Below are positions 12,878 to 25,070 of a stretch of DNA of 64,000 nt, piece after piece. The stretch spans positions 60,080,001 through 60,144,000 of the forward strand of contig NC_086097.1 in NCBI RefSeq assembly GCF_963921235.1. Direction: 5' to 3'. Each line of letters begins with the position of its first letter. Positions within the stretch are counted from its first letter, which is position 1. Position numbers and translations under genes: made by a program. The stretch comes from Mobula hypostoma. Its lineage: Eukaryota. Under the pieces are notes generated by a model. The model was not told the DNA's origin. It ran no database searches and was given only the letters and a program-made list of their open reading frames with translations.

Positions 12878-13223
12878 TGCCACAGGGTTTGCGTGTCCTC
12901 GCAGGTGGGTTGCTAAATATGTTTTACAATCATGCTTTGAGTATGCACGTTCCAGCCAATTAGTGTTTCAGTGTGATGGTATTTACCTCCCTTCCTGTCA
13001 TTTCAGTCTTGTCGCGAATAATCAAGGGCACAGCATTGCAACACTACCTACCTACTGTTGTCCTGGTTTCATGAAAGAGACTTCCGTGTTTGAACATTCC
13101 AGTTTACGTCCCAGTTGGTCTGATGTTTATTGTTTTTCCTTTATTTCTGCACTGTTCCTACTAAAAATCAGTGAACTGTTGATTGGCTTCAGTGTCTCTC
13201 TTTAGCACACCCCTGTTAACAAC
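12878..13223 (+). repeat. LTR family A, 3' copy (its first bases are at 10845-10849)
   Basis: Homologous to 9227-9624 but clearly diverged, with indels. Confidence 0.65.
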
Positions 13224-13321
13224 ACTCTGCAGCCCCTTTTGATGGTGATTCAATCAGTCAGAGTGCTCCCTACCATTCATCTGTAGAAATTTGCTAGTCT
13301 TTGGTGACATACCAAATATCC

Positions 13322-15856
13322 ATAGACCATAAGACCATAAGACAAAGGAGCAGAAGTAGGCCATTTGGCCCATCGAGTCTGCTCCACCATTTTATCATGA
13401 GCTGATCCATTTTATCCTATTTAGTCCCACTGCTCCGCCTTCTCACCATAACCTTTGATGCCCTGGCTACTCAGATACCTATCAATCTCTGCCTTAAAGA
13501 CACCCAATGACTTGGCCTCCACTGCTGCCCGTGGCAACAAATTCCATAGATTCACCACCCTCTGACTGAAAAAATGTTTTCGCATTTCTATTCTGAAAGG
13601 GCGCCCTTCAATCCTGAAGTCATGCCCTCTCGTACTAGATTCCTCCATCTTGGGAAACAGCTTTGCCACATCCACTCTGTCCATGCCTTTTAACATTCGA
13701 AATGTTTCTATGAGGTCTCCCCTCATTCTTCTAAACTCCAAGGAATACAGTTCCAGAGCGGACAAACGTTCCTCATATGTTAACCCTTTCATTCCCGGAA
13801 TCATTCTAGTGAATCTTCTCTGTACCCTCTCCAACGTCAGCACATCCTTTCTTAAATAAGGAGACCAAAACTGCCCACAGTACTCCAAGTGAGGTCTCAC
13901 CAGCGCCTTATAGAGCCTCAACATCACATCCCTGCTCCTATACTCTATTCCTCTAGAAATGAATGCCAACATTGCATTCCCCTTCTTCACTACCGACTCA
14001 ACCTGGAGGTTAACTTTAAGGGAATCCTGTACGAGGACTCCCAAGTCCCGTTGCATCTCAGAACTTTGAATTCTTTCTCCATTTAAATAGTAGTCTGCCC
14101 GTTTATTTTTTCTGCCAAAGTGCATAACCATACACTTTCCAACATTGTACTTCATTTGCCACTTCTCTGCCCATTCTTCCAATCTATCCAAGTCTCTCTG
14201 CAGACTCTCCGTTTCCTCAGCACTACCGGCCCCTCCACCTATCTTCGTATCGTCAGCAAACTTAGCCACAAAGCCATCTATTCCATGATCCAAATCGTTG
14301 ATGTACAATGTAAAAAGAAGCGGCCCCAACACTGATCCCTGCGGAACACCACTGGTAACCGGCAGTCAACCAGAATAGGATCCCTTTATTCCCACTCTCT
14401 GTTTCCTGCCAATCAGCCAACACTCTATCCACGTATGTAACTTTCCTGTAATTCCATGGGCTCTTATCTTGTTAAGTAGCCTCATGTGTGGCACCTTGTC
14501 AAAGGCCTTCTGAAAATCCAAATATACAACATCCACTGCATCTCCCTTGTCTAGCCTACTAGTAATTTCCTCAAAAAATTGTAATAGGTTTGTCAGGCAG
14601 GATTTTCCTTTAAGGAATCCATGCTGAGTTCTGCCTATCTTGTCATATGCCTCCAGGTACTCTGTAACCTCATCCTTGACAATCGACTCCAACAACTTCC
14701 CAACCACCGACGTCAAGCTAACAGGTCTATAATTTCCTTTTTGCTTCCTTGCCCCCTTCTTAAATAGCAGAGTGACATTTGCAATCTTCCAGTCTTCCGG
14801 AACCATGCCAGAATCTATTGACTTTTGAAAGATCATCGCTAATGCCTCCGCAATCTCCACAGCTACTTCCTTCAGAACACGAGGGTGCATTCCATCTGGT
14901 CAAGGAGACTTATCGACCTTTAGCCTATTCAGCTTCCTGAGTACTTTCTCTGTCGTAATTGTGACTGCGCACACTTCTCTTCCCTGCCACCCTTGAGTGT
15001 CCGGTATCCTGCTATCTTCCTCAGTGAAGACTGATGCAAAATACTTGTTCAGTTCCTCTGCCATCTCCTCATCTCCCATTACAATTTCTCCAGTATCATT
15101 TTCTATCAGTCCTATATCTACTCTCACCTGTCTTTTACTCTTTATATACTTGAAAAAGCTTTTAGTATCGTCTTCGATATTATTTGCTAGTTTCCTTTCA
15201 TAGTTAATCTTTTCTCTCTTAATGACCTTCTTGGTTTCCTTTTGTAAGGTTTTAAAGACTTCCCAATCCTCTGTCTTTCCACTAATTTTTGCTTCCTTGT
15301 ATGCCCTCTCCTTTGCTTTAACTTTGGCTTTGACTTCTCTTGTCAACCACGGTTGCATCCTTTTTCCACTCGAAAATTTCTTCTTTTTTGGAATATACCT
15401 GTCTTGCACATTCCTCATTTCTCGCATAAACTCCAGCCACTGCTGCTCTGCCGTCTTTCCCGCCAGTGTCTCTTTCCAGTCAACTTTGGCCAGTTCCTCT
15501 CTTATGCCACTGTAGTTTCCTTTACTCCACTGAAACACCGACATATCAGATTTCGGCTTCTCTTTTTCTAATTTCACAGTGAACTCAATCATGTTATGAT
15601 TACTGCCTCCTAAGGGTTCTTTCACCTCAATCTCTCCAATCACCTCCGGTTCATTACACAATACCCAATCCAGTACAGCCGATCCCCTAGTGGGCTCAAC
15701 AACAAGTTGTTCTAAAAAGCCATCTCGCAGACATTCTACAAATTCTCTCTCTTGAGATCCAGTGCCGACCTGATTTTTTCGATCTACTCGCATGTTAAAA
15801 TCCCCCACAATTATCATAACACTGCCCTTCTGACAAGCCTTTTCTAGTCCCAATCT
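13322..15856 (-). mobile_element. Young 5'-truncated CR1 LINE
   Basis: 8-bp tail repeats (gaccataa on +) at 13325-13343. 6-bp TSD atatcc at 13316-13321 and 15857-15862. About 10 extra bases at the 5' junction (15847-15856). Confidence 0.95.
13421..15846 (-). pseudogene. CR1 ORF2 (partial APE endonuclease plus reverse transcriptase)
   Basis: Three ORFs in one frame, separated only by TGA at 14900-14902 and 14366-14368. Motifs IVGDFN, NYRPVSLTS, YLDFQKAFDKVPH, KFADD, LVRPHLEYC. Confidence 0.95.
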
Positions 15857-16310
15857 ATATCCTCAAACTCCTAATGAAGTATAGCCATTGGTGCACTTTC
15901 ATCATGATTGCATCAATGTGTTGGGCCTAGGATAAATCATTTAAGATGTTGATGCTCAGGAATTTGAAACTGCTCACCCTCTCCACCTCTCTCCCCTCAA
16001 TCAGGACTGGTGTGTGTGTTTTCCGACTTCCTCTTCCTGATGTCCACAAGGCAAAGGTTCTTCCAACAGCAATCATCCCATCGGCAAATTTACAGATGCC
16101 TTTTGAACTGTGCTTTGCTTCATAGTCATGAGCTTAGAGAGAGTAGAGCAGGGAGCCAAGCACAGAACCTTGAGGTGTACCTCTGTTGATTTGCAACTTC
16201 CCTCAACAAAACCCTGTGCACGTCTATTTCCCCCATTAAGATACATATAAAAAATCATCTCTTTAACAAATCTTAACCCAGCTGATGAAATATGCTTATG
16301 TGATTCGGAG

Positions 16311-16645
16311 GGTGGGGCATTAGCACTGCAGTTAGTGTAACACTTCACAGTGCCAGCAATTGGAACATCGGGTTTCAATTCCCTCAACTCTCTGTAAGGA
16401 ACTTGTACGTTCTATCCATGATCATGTGGGTTTCCTCCAGGTGTTTCAGTTTTCTCCCACTTTTCAGAGGAATACAGATTAGAGTTAGTAAGTCATGGGC
16501 AAGCGATGTTGCTGCCAGAAGCAAGGCAACATTTGCAAACTGCCCCCAAAACATAATCAGACTGTGTTGGTCATTGATGCAAACAATTCATTTCACTGTT
16601 TGCTTAAATGTTTTAATGTACATGTGAGAAATAAAGTTAAGCTTT
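16311..16645 (+). mobile_element. tRNA-derived V-SINE
   Basis: B-box-like ggtttcaattcc at 16371, then a V-domain-like core (tgtaaggaacttgtacgttct...tgtgggtttcctccaggtgtttcagttttctcccac). The tail ends aataaag. Confidence 0.75.
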
Positions 16646-17888
16646 AAATCCTCATTGTCAGATTCCATTTCATGTTACTCCTGTTGAAATGTTGAATAAA
16701 TAAATGATTTCTCCTCTTATAGCCTTTCAAATGACAGTACTAAATTAAGCTCATCATAGGACCGGCATTCTAGATTAATTCACTGCTAAAATAAAATGGG
16801 TAACTCCACCACTGTAATTTTACAGTGCATTGAATTAACCCCTAAGTTTTAGATGCTGACAGAAGTGTGTTGTCTTTGTCTGACAATGATGTGTAACATA
16901 TCATTGGAAACTGCAAAGTCAACAGATTGATTATGGAGCAGTGATATTCTAAAGACAGCACATGTTTGTCAGGATGTCCCTTACACAGATGCAACTGTAG
17001 TCTCTAAATAAATATGCTTTCAAGTAGAAGCAAAGGAATAATATGTACAGATGTAATGTGGAAAAACAAAATTGATTGAGGATTTATAAGCAAGTCCATA
17101 ATTAACCATTTACCAGTAATAAATGTGTTACATTTGTCAGATTTTTCAGCTTCATTTTAGATTGTTCCCATGCCATCAATTTTACTTAGTTTGGAGGAAA
17201 GATTTGTGTACTGATGTTTCTATTACTTCCATGAAAAATTATATCTTACAACAGTGAGCTGAAAAGCACAATGCCTAACAGCAAGATGGATTATTCTAGC
17301 TAAAACTGACAAAACAACATTTTCACAGGAATCTCACAGACAGAAACTTTTCTTTTTCAAAATTAAACTTCTTTCATATTAAATTTTTACAAGAACTACA
17401 AAACATTGCATAGTCTTCTTTACCTTCATAGTGTTATCAAGTCTATGCTTTATTGTGTTGTGAAGTCTATACGTATGCAGTCTCATCAGGTTAATACATT
17501 CATGTAGCCTCTTGGAAAAATGCACCCTTCGTATTCTTGAGAGAAGACCCCATATTATCTGATTGTGACAGGACCCTAGGCTGCAGATGTTCCCCACAAA
17601 GCCTTCGCAATGACTACACCATGCTTCAAAGTATTCCTGAGCTTGTTCTTCTACAGCCTGGAATATGCTGGGTGGCAGTATTGCCTTAAATACAATATGC
17701 CTCATTGTGCTGGAAGACCAGTTGTTACAACTTGCTGGTTTTCCAGTAATATGATAGCATGCTTGGGTGTAGAGGCCTGAGTCCAAACAAAGGTGTAATT
17801 GTTTGTCCTTGTGGATACTAAGAACATCGAGTACTATAGGTCTACTCCACTAGAGAGTTGCTCAATAGTGGTGGAGCTGGATTTGTTG

Positions 17889-18042
17889 CCATAAGACCAT
17901 AAGGCAATAGGAGAAAGGAGTGGAATTAGGCCAATTGGCCCATTAAGTCTGCTCCCCAGTTTCATCATAGCTGGTCCATTTTTTCCCTCTCAGCCCCACC
18001 CTGCTGCCTTCTTCCCGAATCTCTTCATGTTCTGACCAATCA
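17889..18042 (-). mobile_element. CR1 3' tail fragment
   Basis: ccataagaccataag...aattaggcc..ttggcccattaagtctgctcc matches 13325-13470. Confidence 0.8.
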
Positions 18043-18044
18043 TG

Positions 18045-18721
18045 GTTGCATACTGTGTTGCAGCCTGCTACAACCACCCAAAGAGCAAAGCATCAGAGGC
18101 GAAGTGCTGTCTGACAAATGGTGCAAATGATTGTCTTCTACGTCTTTCTCGAGGTTGCAAGACCCTGCTTTACATTGATAATATAGGATGCTGAGTCCGG
18201 CTCACTGGTTCTTTGGCAAGACTGACAATGGAGAAGCTTTGTGGCCTCGGTTATTGCCCGGAGTAGGCCCTCGTGCTGCGGAGTCACCTGTCGCCGCTGT
18301 TCAGGGAAGGAGATACTGGAGTCGGTGTGGGAAAGAGCAGCTGGATTCTGTGCTGGGTGAGGATCTGGCCCCTCTGTCAGTGCTGCCCTCCAGTGTTCAC
18401 TTGGTGAAAGACAATCTGAAATGCATTCATCTGCAGGAGCACAAGCGCATAATAAGGAATGCTGCATGTTTGATTTTGCAGAAACGTGGCTCCAGGGCAA
18501 CATCCCAAGCACTATCAATCTACGAGCCATGACACTCAGGGACTTGGGCTACATATTTTTCTGTGACTGTATGCTTTTCTGCTGTTGTAATTATATGTGC
18601 TATATGAGCTGTGTGCTCTGTGTGACTTTTGGAACTGTGTTAGCAACTTTGTCCTGGAGAAATGCTGTTTCATTTGGCTGTATTCATGTGAATGGCTGAA
18701 TGACAATTAAAATTGAACTTG
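18045..18721 (+). mobile_element. Rex-derived internally deleted non-autonomous element
   Basis: A GC-richer leader, then the endonuclease N-terminus (ECCMFDFAETWLQGNIP) joined directly to a 3' UTR ending tgacaattaaaattgaacttg. That tail is complementary to the one at 10850-10930. Confidence 0.65.
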
Positions 18722-19174
18722 TAATCCGTGATTTTTGGGATGAACCTTGACAAGGACCCTTGTATTTACTGAGCATCTAATGAAGAGAGCAATCTGGATT
18801 ACATATTTCTTTGGTTAATTGAACAGACTGCTGTTTAAAAACTGGTGTATTCAGATCTGTTTGTGTTCGATCAGTTACCAGTCATCATTCTGTTTTGCGA
18901 ATGAACAGAAACGCTCATTGGGATCATCATTTGTCATTTTTTTTTCCGTAAAATGAAGACATTAGAAAGTTCAGGAAGATCACAATAATATAAATAATTA
19001 CTAATGCTTCCCTCTACGTTACCTGATTGAAAGGAAAATCACAGGAGCAGCACTGATCCTTTGTTACCAACTAGGTGCGGGAGTCCTGATGCCCTGCCAC
19101 AAGTGACACAAGCCTTACAAAATGCTGCCAGTTGTGCATTGTCACATTCAAAAAATAACTCAAAAATAACAATG

Positions 19175-19240
19175 TTAGCTCAGAATTGAATCCTGGTCAC
19201 TGAAGCTGTGAGGCAGCGGCTTTACTTGCTGCATCACTGT
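19175..19240 (-). mobile_element. tRNA-derived SINE head fragment
   Basis: The minus strand reads acagtgatgcagcaagtaaagccgctgcctcacagcttcagtgaccaggattcaattctg, with A/B-box-like motifs. Confidence 0.55.
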
Positions 19241-20259
19241 TTTGAAAGGAGATTCCAATGCTATTCTGCTATCCTTCCAAAATAGCATTCTTTGTCACAT
19301 ACCTACCGATTTAGATTCGTCATAACTGAATTAGATTTAATATATTACATAGAAACAGACTATTCAATAAGCTATGTTCCACTAAAGCCTTCCATTACTT
19401 CTCACCTAATCCCATAAACACATATACAACTAAAATTGTACTTTTCTCTCTTTATCCTTTCACTTCAGCTGCTCATTTCAGTAAGAGATCCTGCAGCTGT
19501 CCTTGGATAAAGAATTCCCTGAACGATTTATTGGTTACTATCTTATACTTATAATCCCCAGTATTTATATCAAATATAGTCTTCACCCAACCTGATCATT
19601 TAACATTTGAAATGAATCCATCAGCCATTGCTTTTCTGGAGAAGAACCACAGATTGTTCTGTGTTTCCTGAAAATATTTTTCAGTACTCGTATCATCCTC
19701 ATAAATCTTTCATGAAGCATTATGTTATGATATTCTACCTTTTAACATCTGCTTGGTCAAATGTAAATACCACTTTGCTACCTGCTTAAATAGTAGATCT
19801 TCCAGATAATTTTAGGTAAGCAGAATTTTGAAGAATTTTAGTTGAGTTAGAAATAATAATTTTGAAATAAACTGGTTAGCCTTTGTGACAGATGCTGATG
19901 CTCTAACCTTTTATTGTTTATAATGAGTTGTGATGTTGTCTGAAGCCTTGTCTAATCTGAACTGCAAATCCTGACAAAACAACATATTAAAGATTAAAAA
20001 ATGCATAATTGTCCTTTGGTGCTTTATGGGTTTGTGTTTTTTTCCTCAATGCCAAGGAAAATTGAGTTATGTAATCATGCTTAAAAATTATGGAATATTT
20101 ATTTAGATTGTAATATAGGATTGATTCAATAATATTAATCCTTTTTCAAAGCTACCATGTCACTTCAATATTGTGACATTCATTCTCCTCTCACTTATTC
20201 TCCTCTCACTCTCCTCCAAGCCAAAAGCTGTAGCTAGACTATTTATTTTTAGTAAAACA

Positions 20260-22290
20260 GGGGGCCAATATCCTTGCTGGCATGTTTGGTATAGCTGTTG
20301 GGGAACTACAAACTAAACTGGCAGGGGAAACAGAGTGATACAGCTGAGGATGGGCAGCAGTATAAAACAAGATGCAGTTTTCAGAGACACCATCAGGAAA
20401 AAACAGGCAGACAATAGGACAAAATTGCAGTCAGTCAGAGGAGTTGCAATGTAACATAGGGACAAAATCTAACAGGGTAATGAATACAGGACTGAAGGTT
20501 TAATAATTGAATGTACGCAGTATACGGAATATGGTAGATAATCTTGTAGTGCAGTTAAAAATTGGTAGGTATGATGTGTGTATCACTGAGTTATGGCTGA
20601 AAGAAGACAATAGTTGGGAGCTTAACATCGAAGGATGCACATTATATAAAAAGGATAGGCAGGTGGGTAAGGGGACTGGGGTGGGTCTGTTGGTGAAAAA
20701 TGAAATTAAATCCTTAGAAAGAGGTGACATAGGATTGGAAGATGTAAAAACCTTGTGAGAGAATTAAGAAAATGCAAGGGTAAAAAGATCCTTATGGAGT
20801 TATATACAGGCCTCCAAGCAGAAGGGAGGGTGTGGGCTAGAAATTACAAAGGGAGATAGAAAATGCCTGTCAAAAGAGGAATGTTACTATGGTCATAGGG
20901 GATATCAATATGCAGGTAGATTGGGAAAATCTGGTTGGTGCTGGAACCCAAAAGAGAGAATGTGTAGAATGCCTACAATATGACTTTTTAGAACAGCCTG
21001 TGGTTGTGCCCACTAGGGAAAAGGCTACTCTGGATTGGGTGTTGTGTAATGAACCAGATTTGATTAGGAAGCTGAAGATCAAGGAACACTTAGAAGTTGT
21101 GATCACAATATGGTATACTTCGCTCTGAAATCTGAGAGGGAGAAGATAAAGTTAGATGAATCAGTATTACAATGAAGTTAAAGAGAATTATAGAGGTGTG
21201 AGAGAGAAACTAGCCAAAGTTGATTGAAAGGGGACTCTAGCAGGGATGATGGCAAAAGATCAATGGCTGGAGTTGTTGGAAGCAATTCAGAAGGCACAGG
21301 CTAGATACATCCCAAGGAAGAAGAGGTATTCTAAAGGCAGGGTGATGCAACCATGTATAATAAGTGAAGTCAAAAACAAAAGCAAAAGGGAAGGCATATA
21401 ATGGAGCAAAAATTAGTGGGAAGTTAGAAGATTGTGAAGCTTTTAAAAACCAACAGAAGGCGCTAAAAGACCATAAGAAGAGAAAAGATTAAATATGAAG
21501 TTAAGCTAGCCAATATTTTCTTTTTATTTAATAATTTATGGGATGTGGTATCGCCAGCTAAGCCAGCATTTATTGTCCATCCCCAGTTGTCCTTGAGAAG
21601 GTGCTGATTAGCTGCCTTCTTGAACCACTTCAGTCCCTGAAATGTAGGTACACCCACAGTGCTGTTGGGGGATATCAAAGAGAATACCAAGAGTTTTTTT
21701 TCAGAGATTTAAAGTAAAAGAGAGGCAGGAGTATATATTAGTGTGAAGTTTCCCACAGGAAAATAATGCAGGAGAGGTTGTAATGTGGGACAAGGAAATG
21801 GTGGAGGAAGTAAGTAGGTATTTTGCATCTATTTTCACTGTATAAAATGCTAGTGGCATGCTGAAAATTCAAGAAAGTCAGTGGGTAGAAGTGAGTGCAA
21901 TTGCTATTACTAGGGAGACGGTGCTTGGGAAACTGAAAGTTCTGAAGGTGGATAAGTCACCTGGACCAGATGGACTACACCCTGGCGGTCTGAAAGAAGT
22001 AGCTGAGGAAATTGTGGATCTTTCAATGATCACTAGATTCTGGCATGGTTCCAGAAGACAGTAAAATTGTAAATATTACTGCACTCTGCAAGAAATGAGG
22101 GAGACAGAAGAAAGGAAATTATGGACCAGTTAGTCTGACCTCAGAGGGTGAGAAGATGTTAGAGTCAATTGTTAAGGATGAGGTCTCAGGGTACTTTGAG
22201 GTACATGGTAAAATAGGCCAAAGTCAGCATGATTTTCTGAAAGGAAAATCTTACCTGAAAAATCTGTTGGAATTCTTTGAGGAGATAACA
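20260..22290 (+). mobile_element. Decayed CR1 LINE (end of ORF1, endonuclease, start of RT)
   Basis: Motifs NVRSIRN..ITELWL, VIGDIN, LKVDKSPGPDGLHP and NLLEFFEEIT. Many stops and frameshifts. Confidence 0.9.
21516..21670 (-). mobile_element. Short LINE 3'-end insertion inside CR1
   Basis: Interrupts the CR1 segment KLANNIKE (gccaatat|...|atatcaaagag) and starts with a T-rich tail. Confidence 0.6.
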
Positions 22291-22870
22291 GTTCATTGCA
22301 CAACACCCAGTCCAGAACTGCTGATCCTCCAATGGACTCAACCACGAGCTGCTCTAAAAATCTATCTCATCAGCATTCTAGAAAATCCCTCTCTTTGGCT
22401 ACAGTGCCAATCTGATTTTCCCAGTCTATCTGCAAATTAAAATCACCCATCACTATTGTAACATTGCCCTTTTTGCTTGTATTTTCTATCTCCCATTGTA
22501 ATTTGTAGATCACATCCTTACTACTGTTTGGGGGTCTGTATACAACTCCCATCAGGTTCTTTTTACTCTTGCAGTTCCTTCACTCTATCCACAATGATTA
22601 ATCATTTTCTGATCCTATGTCAGTTCTTTCTAATGATTTGATTTCATTTTTTACCAACAAAGCCACACAGTCCTTCTGCCTACCTGCCTGACCATTCAAT
22701 ACAATGAGTAGCCTTGGATGTTAAGCTCTCAGCTATAATCTTCTTTCAGCCATGATTTAATGATGCCCAAAACATCATCAATGCCGATCTGTAACTGTGC
22801 TACAAGTTCATCTACCTTATTCCGTATATAGCGCACGTTCAAATATAACGGCTTCAGTCTTGCATTCACC
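22291..22870 (-). mobile_element. CR1 endonuclease-region fragment, inverted
   Basis: Minus-strand ORFs LYLNVRYIRNKVDELVAQLQIG and GVVYRPPNS...VMGDFN. Confidence 0.85.
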
Positions 22871-23614
22871 CTTTTAAATGTGGGAGGGTATTCTGAAGAG
22901 ATGACTAACAAGCAAGATAAGCAGCTGCATGTTCATTCCTCATCTCTCTGACTTTCGTGTGTGGTATTCATAGCCACCGGGCATCCCAATACCACAAACA
23001 TAACAAATGGCGACGAGGTGACAAGGTATCATGTGATACTTACTTTGTTCCTTTTGGAAAGAAAAGTCTATGTGTAATGCTGACTATGTACAGCTGTATA
23101 ATATGGATGAGCAAAAAGAAAATGGCCAAAGGAAGCCTGATGAGTGAAGAACTCAAGGTGAGAGAATGAGAAAGGGACAGTTGAATTAAATAAATAAGAG
23201 AAAGAGAGAGAGACCAGTAAAACAAATTAACTTGTCTGGAACATAATTGTGCTTGAAAATGGTGACAATGTTTAGATGTATGGGGCCACATTACAAAACA
23301 ACAAAGCAATGGAGTTCATGTATTGAATGATTTAAATATTTTACACTGGCAAATCAAATTTCAGATGATATTTGTCTTCCAACTTTTCTCACTGTGATGG
23401 GTGGCAAAAATTTATTATACGGTCTAGTACAACCTAATTAGTCTTGTGATAAGCCTTATGGTTAAAGTCTTAAAGGACCACTAATCACCTTAATTTTTGA
23501 TTATTACTCAAAGGTTTAGATTTCATAAAATGAATCAAGAGAAAGTCGAGTCTATATAACAGTTTGTGGAAGTGTTGAACCAATTGCCTGAACACTGATT
23601 TTGGGCATTTGCTG

Positions 23615-24180
23615 AATGACACATTATGTGATAGACTCATATGTGGTCAGCATAGTGAGGCAATTCAGAAACATTTGCTTACAGAGGACATTGCGGAAGA
23701 CAAATGAGATTAGTACGTCTATGGAGATGACATCTAAAGGGGCACAGATATTAAGTGTATATTCCCAAGTTCATAAATTTTTTACTAACTTTGAGAATAA
23801 GACACCCATTGGCAATCAATGTTACCTTGTAACAAAACTGGGCATTCAGCAAAAGAAAGCTGGCATAAGGATTTAGATTGCCAAAACTGTGGCAAAGAAG
23901 GGACACATTGGATGTGCCTGTAAAAGTAAAAAGACAACATCACCCAAAAACACTGCAATTGAAAAAAATGACATTTGGAAAAACAAAAAGAAACATGTGA
24001 ACAAGATGAAGCTCAGTGAGTACGGACTGAGTGACTCTCCCTTTGTGCCCAAAGAACTGAAAACCAACACAAACTAGCCAATCCAGATATAGTTCCAAAA
24101 TCTTACACAAATTTTTTTCACCATTCCCAACAGTATACATTAGCTGAGGTCACACAGAAGTAGATACAGGTTGCTGAAAT
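23615..24180 (+). mobile_element. Decayed Ty3/Gypsy gag-protease fragment
   Basis: Motifs LCDRLICGQHSEAIQKHLLTE at ~23625, frameshifted tandem zinc knuckles (KTGHSAKE; CQNCGK.GHIGCAC) at 23820-23925, and EVDTG at ~24158. Confidence 0.75.
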
Positions 24181-25070
24181 CCATGATCTGATCATTAACA
24201 TGTTCTTGCATGCTTTCTCTGGGATTTGCAGCCTCTGAGGACCCTAGCAATGAGTCCTGACCTGTAATTGTGCTGAGATCGAATCACCTATTTAGACAGG
24301 AGATGGTATGTGGGATGTGACAAGGATGAAAAGGGATGGAGGACACAGCAGCTGAAATAATCAACACTCTTCATTGGAGAACCTGCTTTCGTCCCTCTCA
24401 GCAATGCCAAATTTTACTGCTATCACAGAGGAGGAATGGCTTAATGAAGGTCAATTCTGTATCGTAAAACAGGAATTAATGGGTCATGCTTGTTGCTGGA
24501 ATTTGCATAATGAAGGGAATTAATTGGTTTGTTTTATAAGGATAAGTGCACTGTCTTACTCTGAAAAAAAAGTGCTGTCGTTACAATGGAAGAGGTTACT
24601 CTGTTAAATCAGCATTGTCTACATGACCAAAGTTCAAAAAGACCTGACCATGTGAACTTGCTTAATCGGATCCTGGTGACTCAAACTTGAGTTCCAGTGA
24701 TGTGCACTAAAGTGACAAATAACACAATTAGTGCATTCAGAAAGCAGAAACCATGGTAATGAAGGTGAAGTATTCTTTGTGTGAATATTCATCAGTGGGC
24801 GAAGCAGTCATGGGTTAATTATACATCATGAAACATCACATATTTTCTTGCAGTCCAATATCTGTGCATTACAATGCTGTTATTATAGACTCACTCCCTT
24901 TTGTTCAATTTTCTAACAGGAGAATAAGTACAAATTGTCACTTCCTTTTCATCAGTAATTATAATTAAGGTTTTCTACAAGCAAAGTAAAATATCTTTCA
25001 TGTCCAGTATCTTAGGCAATTCTTCTGAAGATTTTGCCCCATAATCTCCACTAAAAATAAAAAAGCATAT

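Larger units (their letters stand above)
9227..13223 (+). mobile_element. Internally deleted chromoviral Ty3/Gypsy LTR retrotransposon with nested insertions
   Basis: Order of parts: 5' LTR, a gag-like peptide LQSVEAVLGEVTQAVQQI at ~9642, integrase C-terminus/chromodomain, a purine tract agggaggag at 10831, then tgtca at 10845 and the remainder of a related LTR at ~12878-13223. It interrupts a Rex element. Confidence 0.65.
8860..16190 (-). mobile_element. Rex1/Babar LINE split into three pieces (8860-9226, 13224-13321, 15863-~16190)
   Basis: The pieces rejoin as ...gctgaatctgcaac|actctgcagcc... and ...accaaatatcc|tcaaactcctaatgaag..., colinear with the Rex at 59440-60200. The minus strand encodes QCLRKLASIIK and FRDSFFP. 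Confidence 0.75.

Noticed and set aside
13650..15571. Plus-strand ORFs recurring at 26658-28651 (e.g. MGNSFATSTLS..., MTFLVSFCKVLK...)
   Set aside because: They are antisense shadows of CR1 ORF2 and recur only because the CR1 copies are near-identical.
16311..16390. tRNA gene (also 19175-19240 and 25802-25860)
   Set aside because: Only degenerate A/B boxes with no full cloverleaf. These are SINE heads.
17379..17786. 135-aa minus-strand ORF as a possible host exon
   Set aside because: No recognisable domain, a non-ATG start and no convincing splice context.
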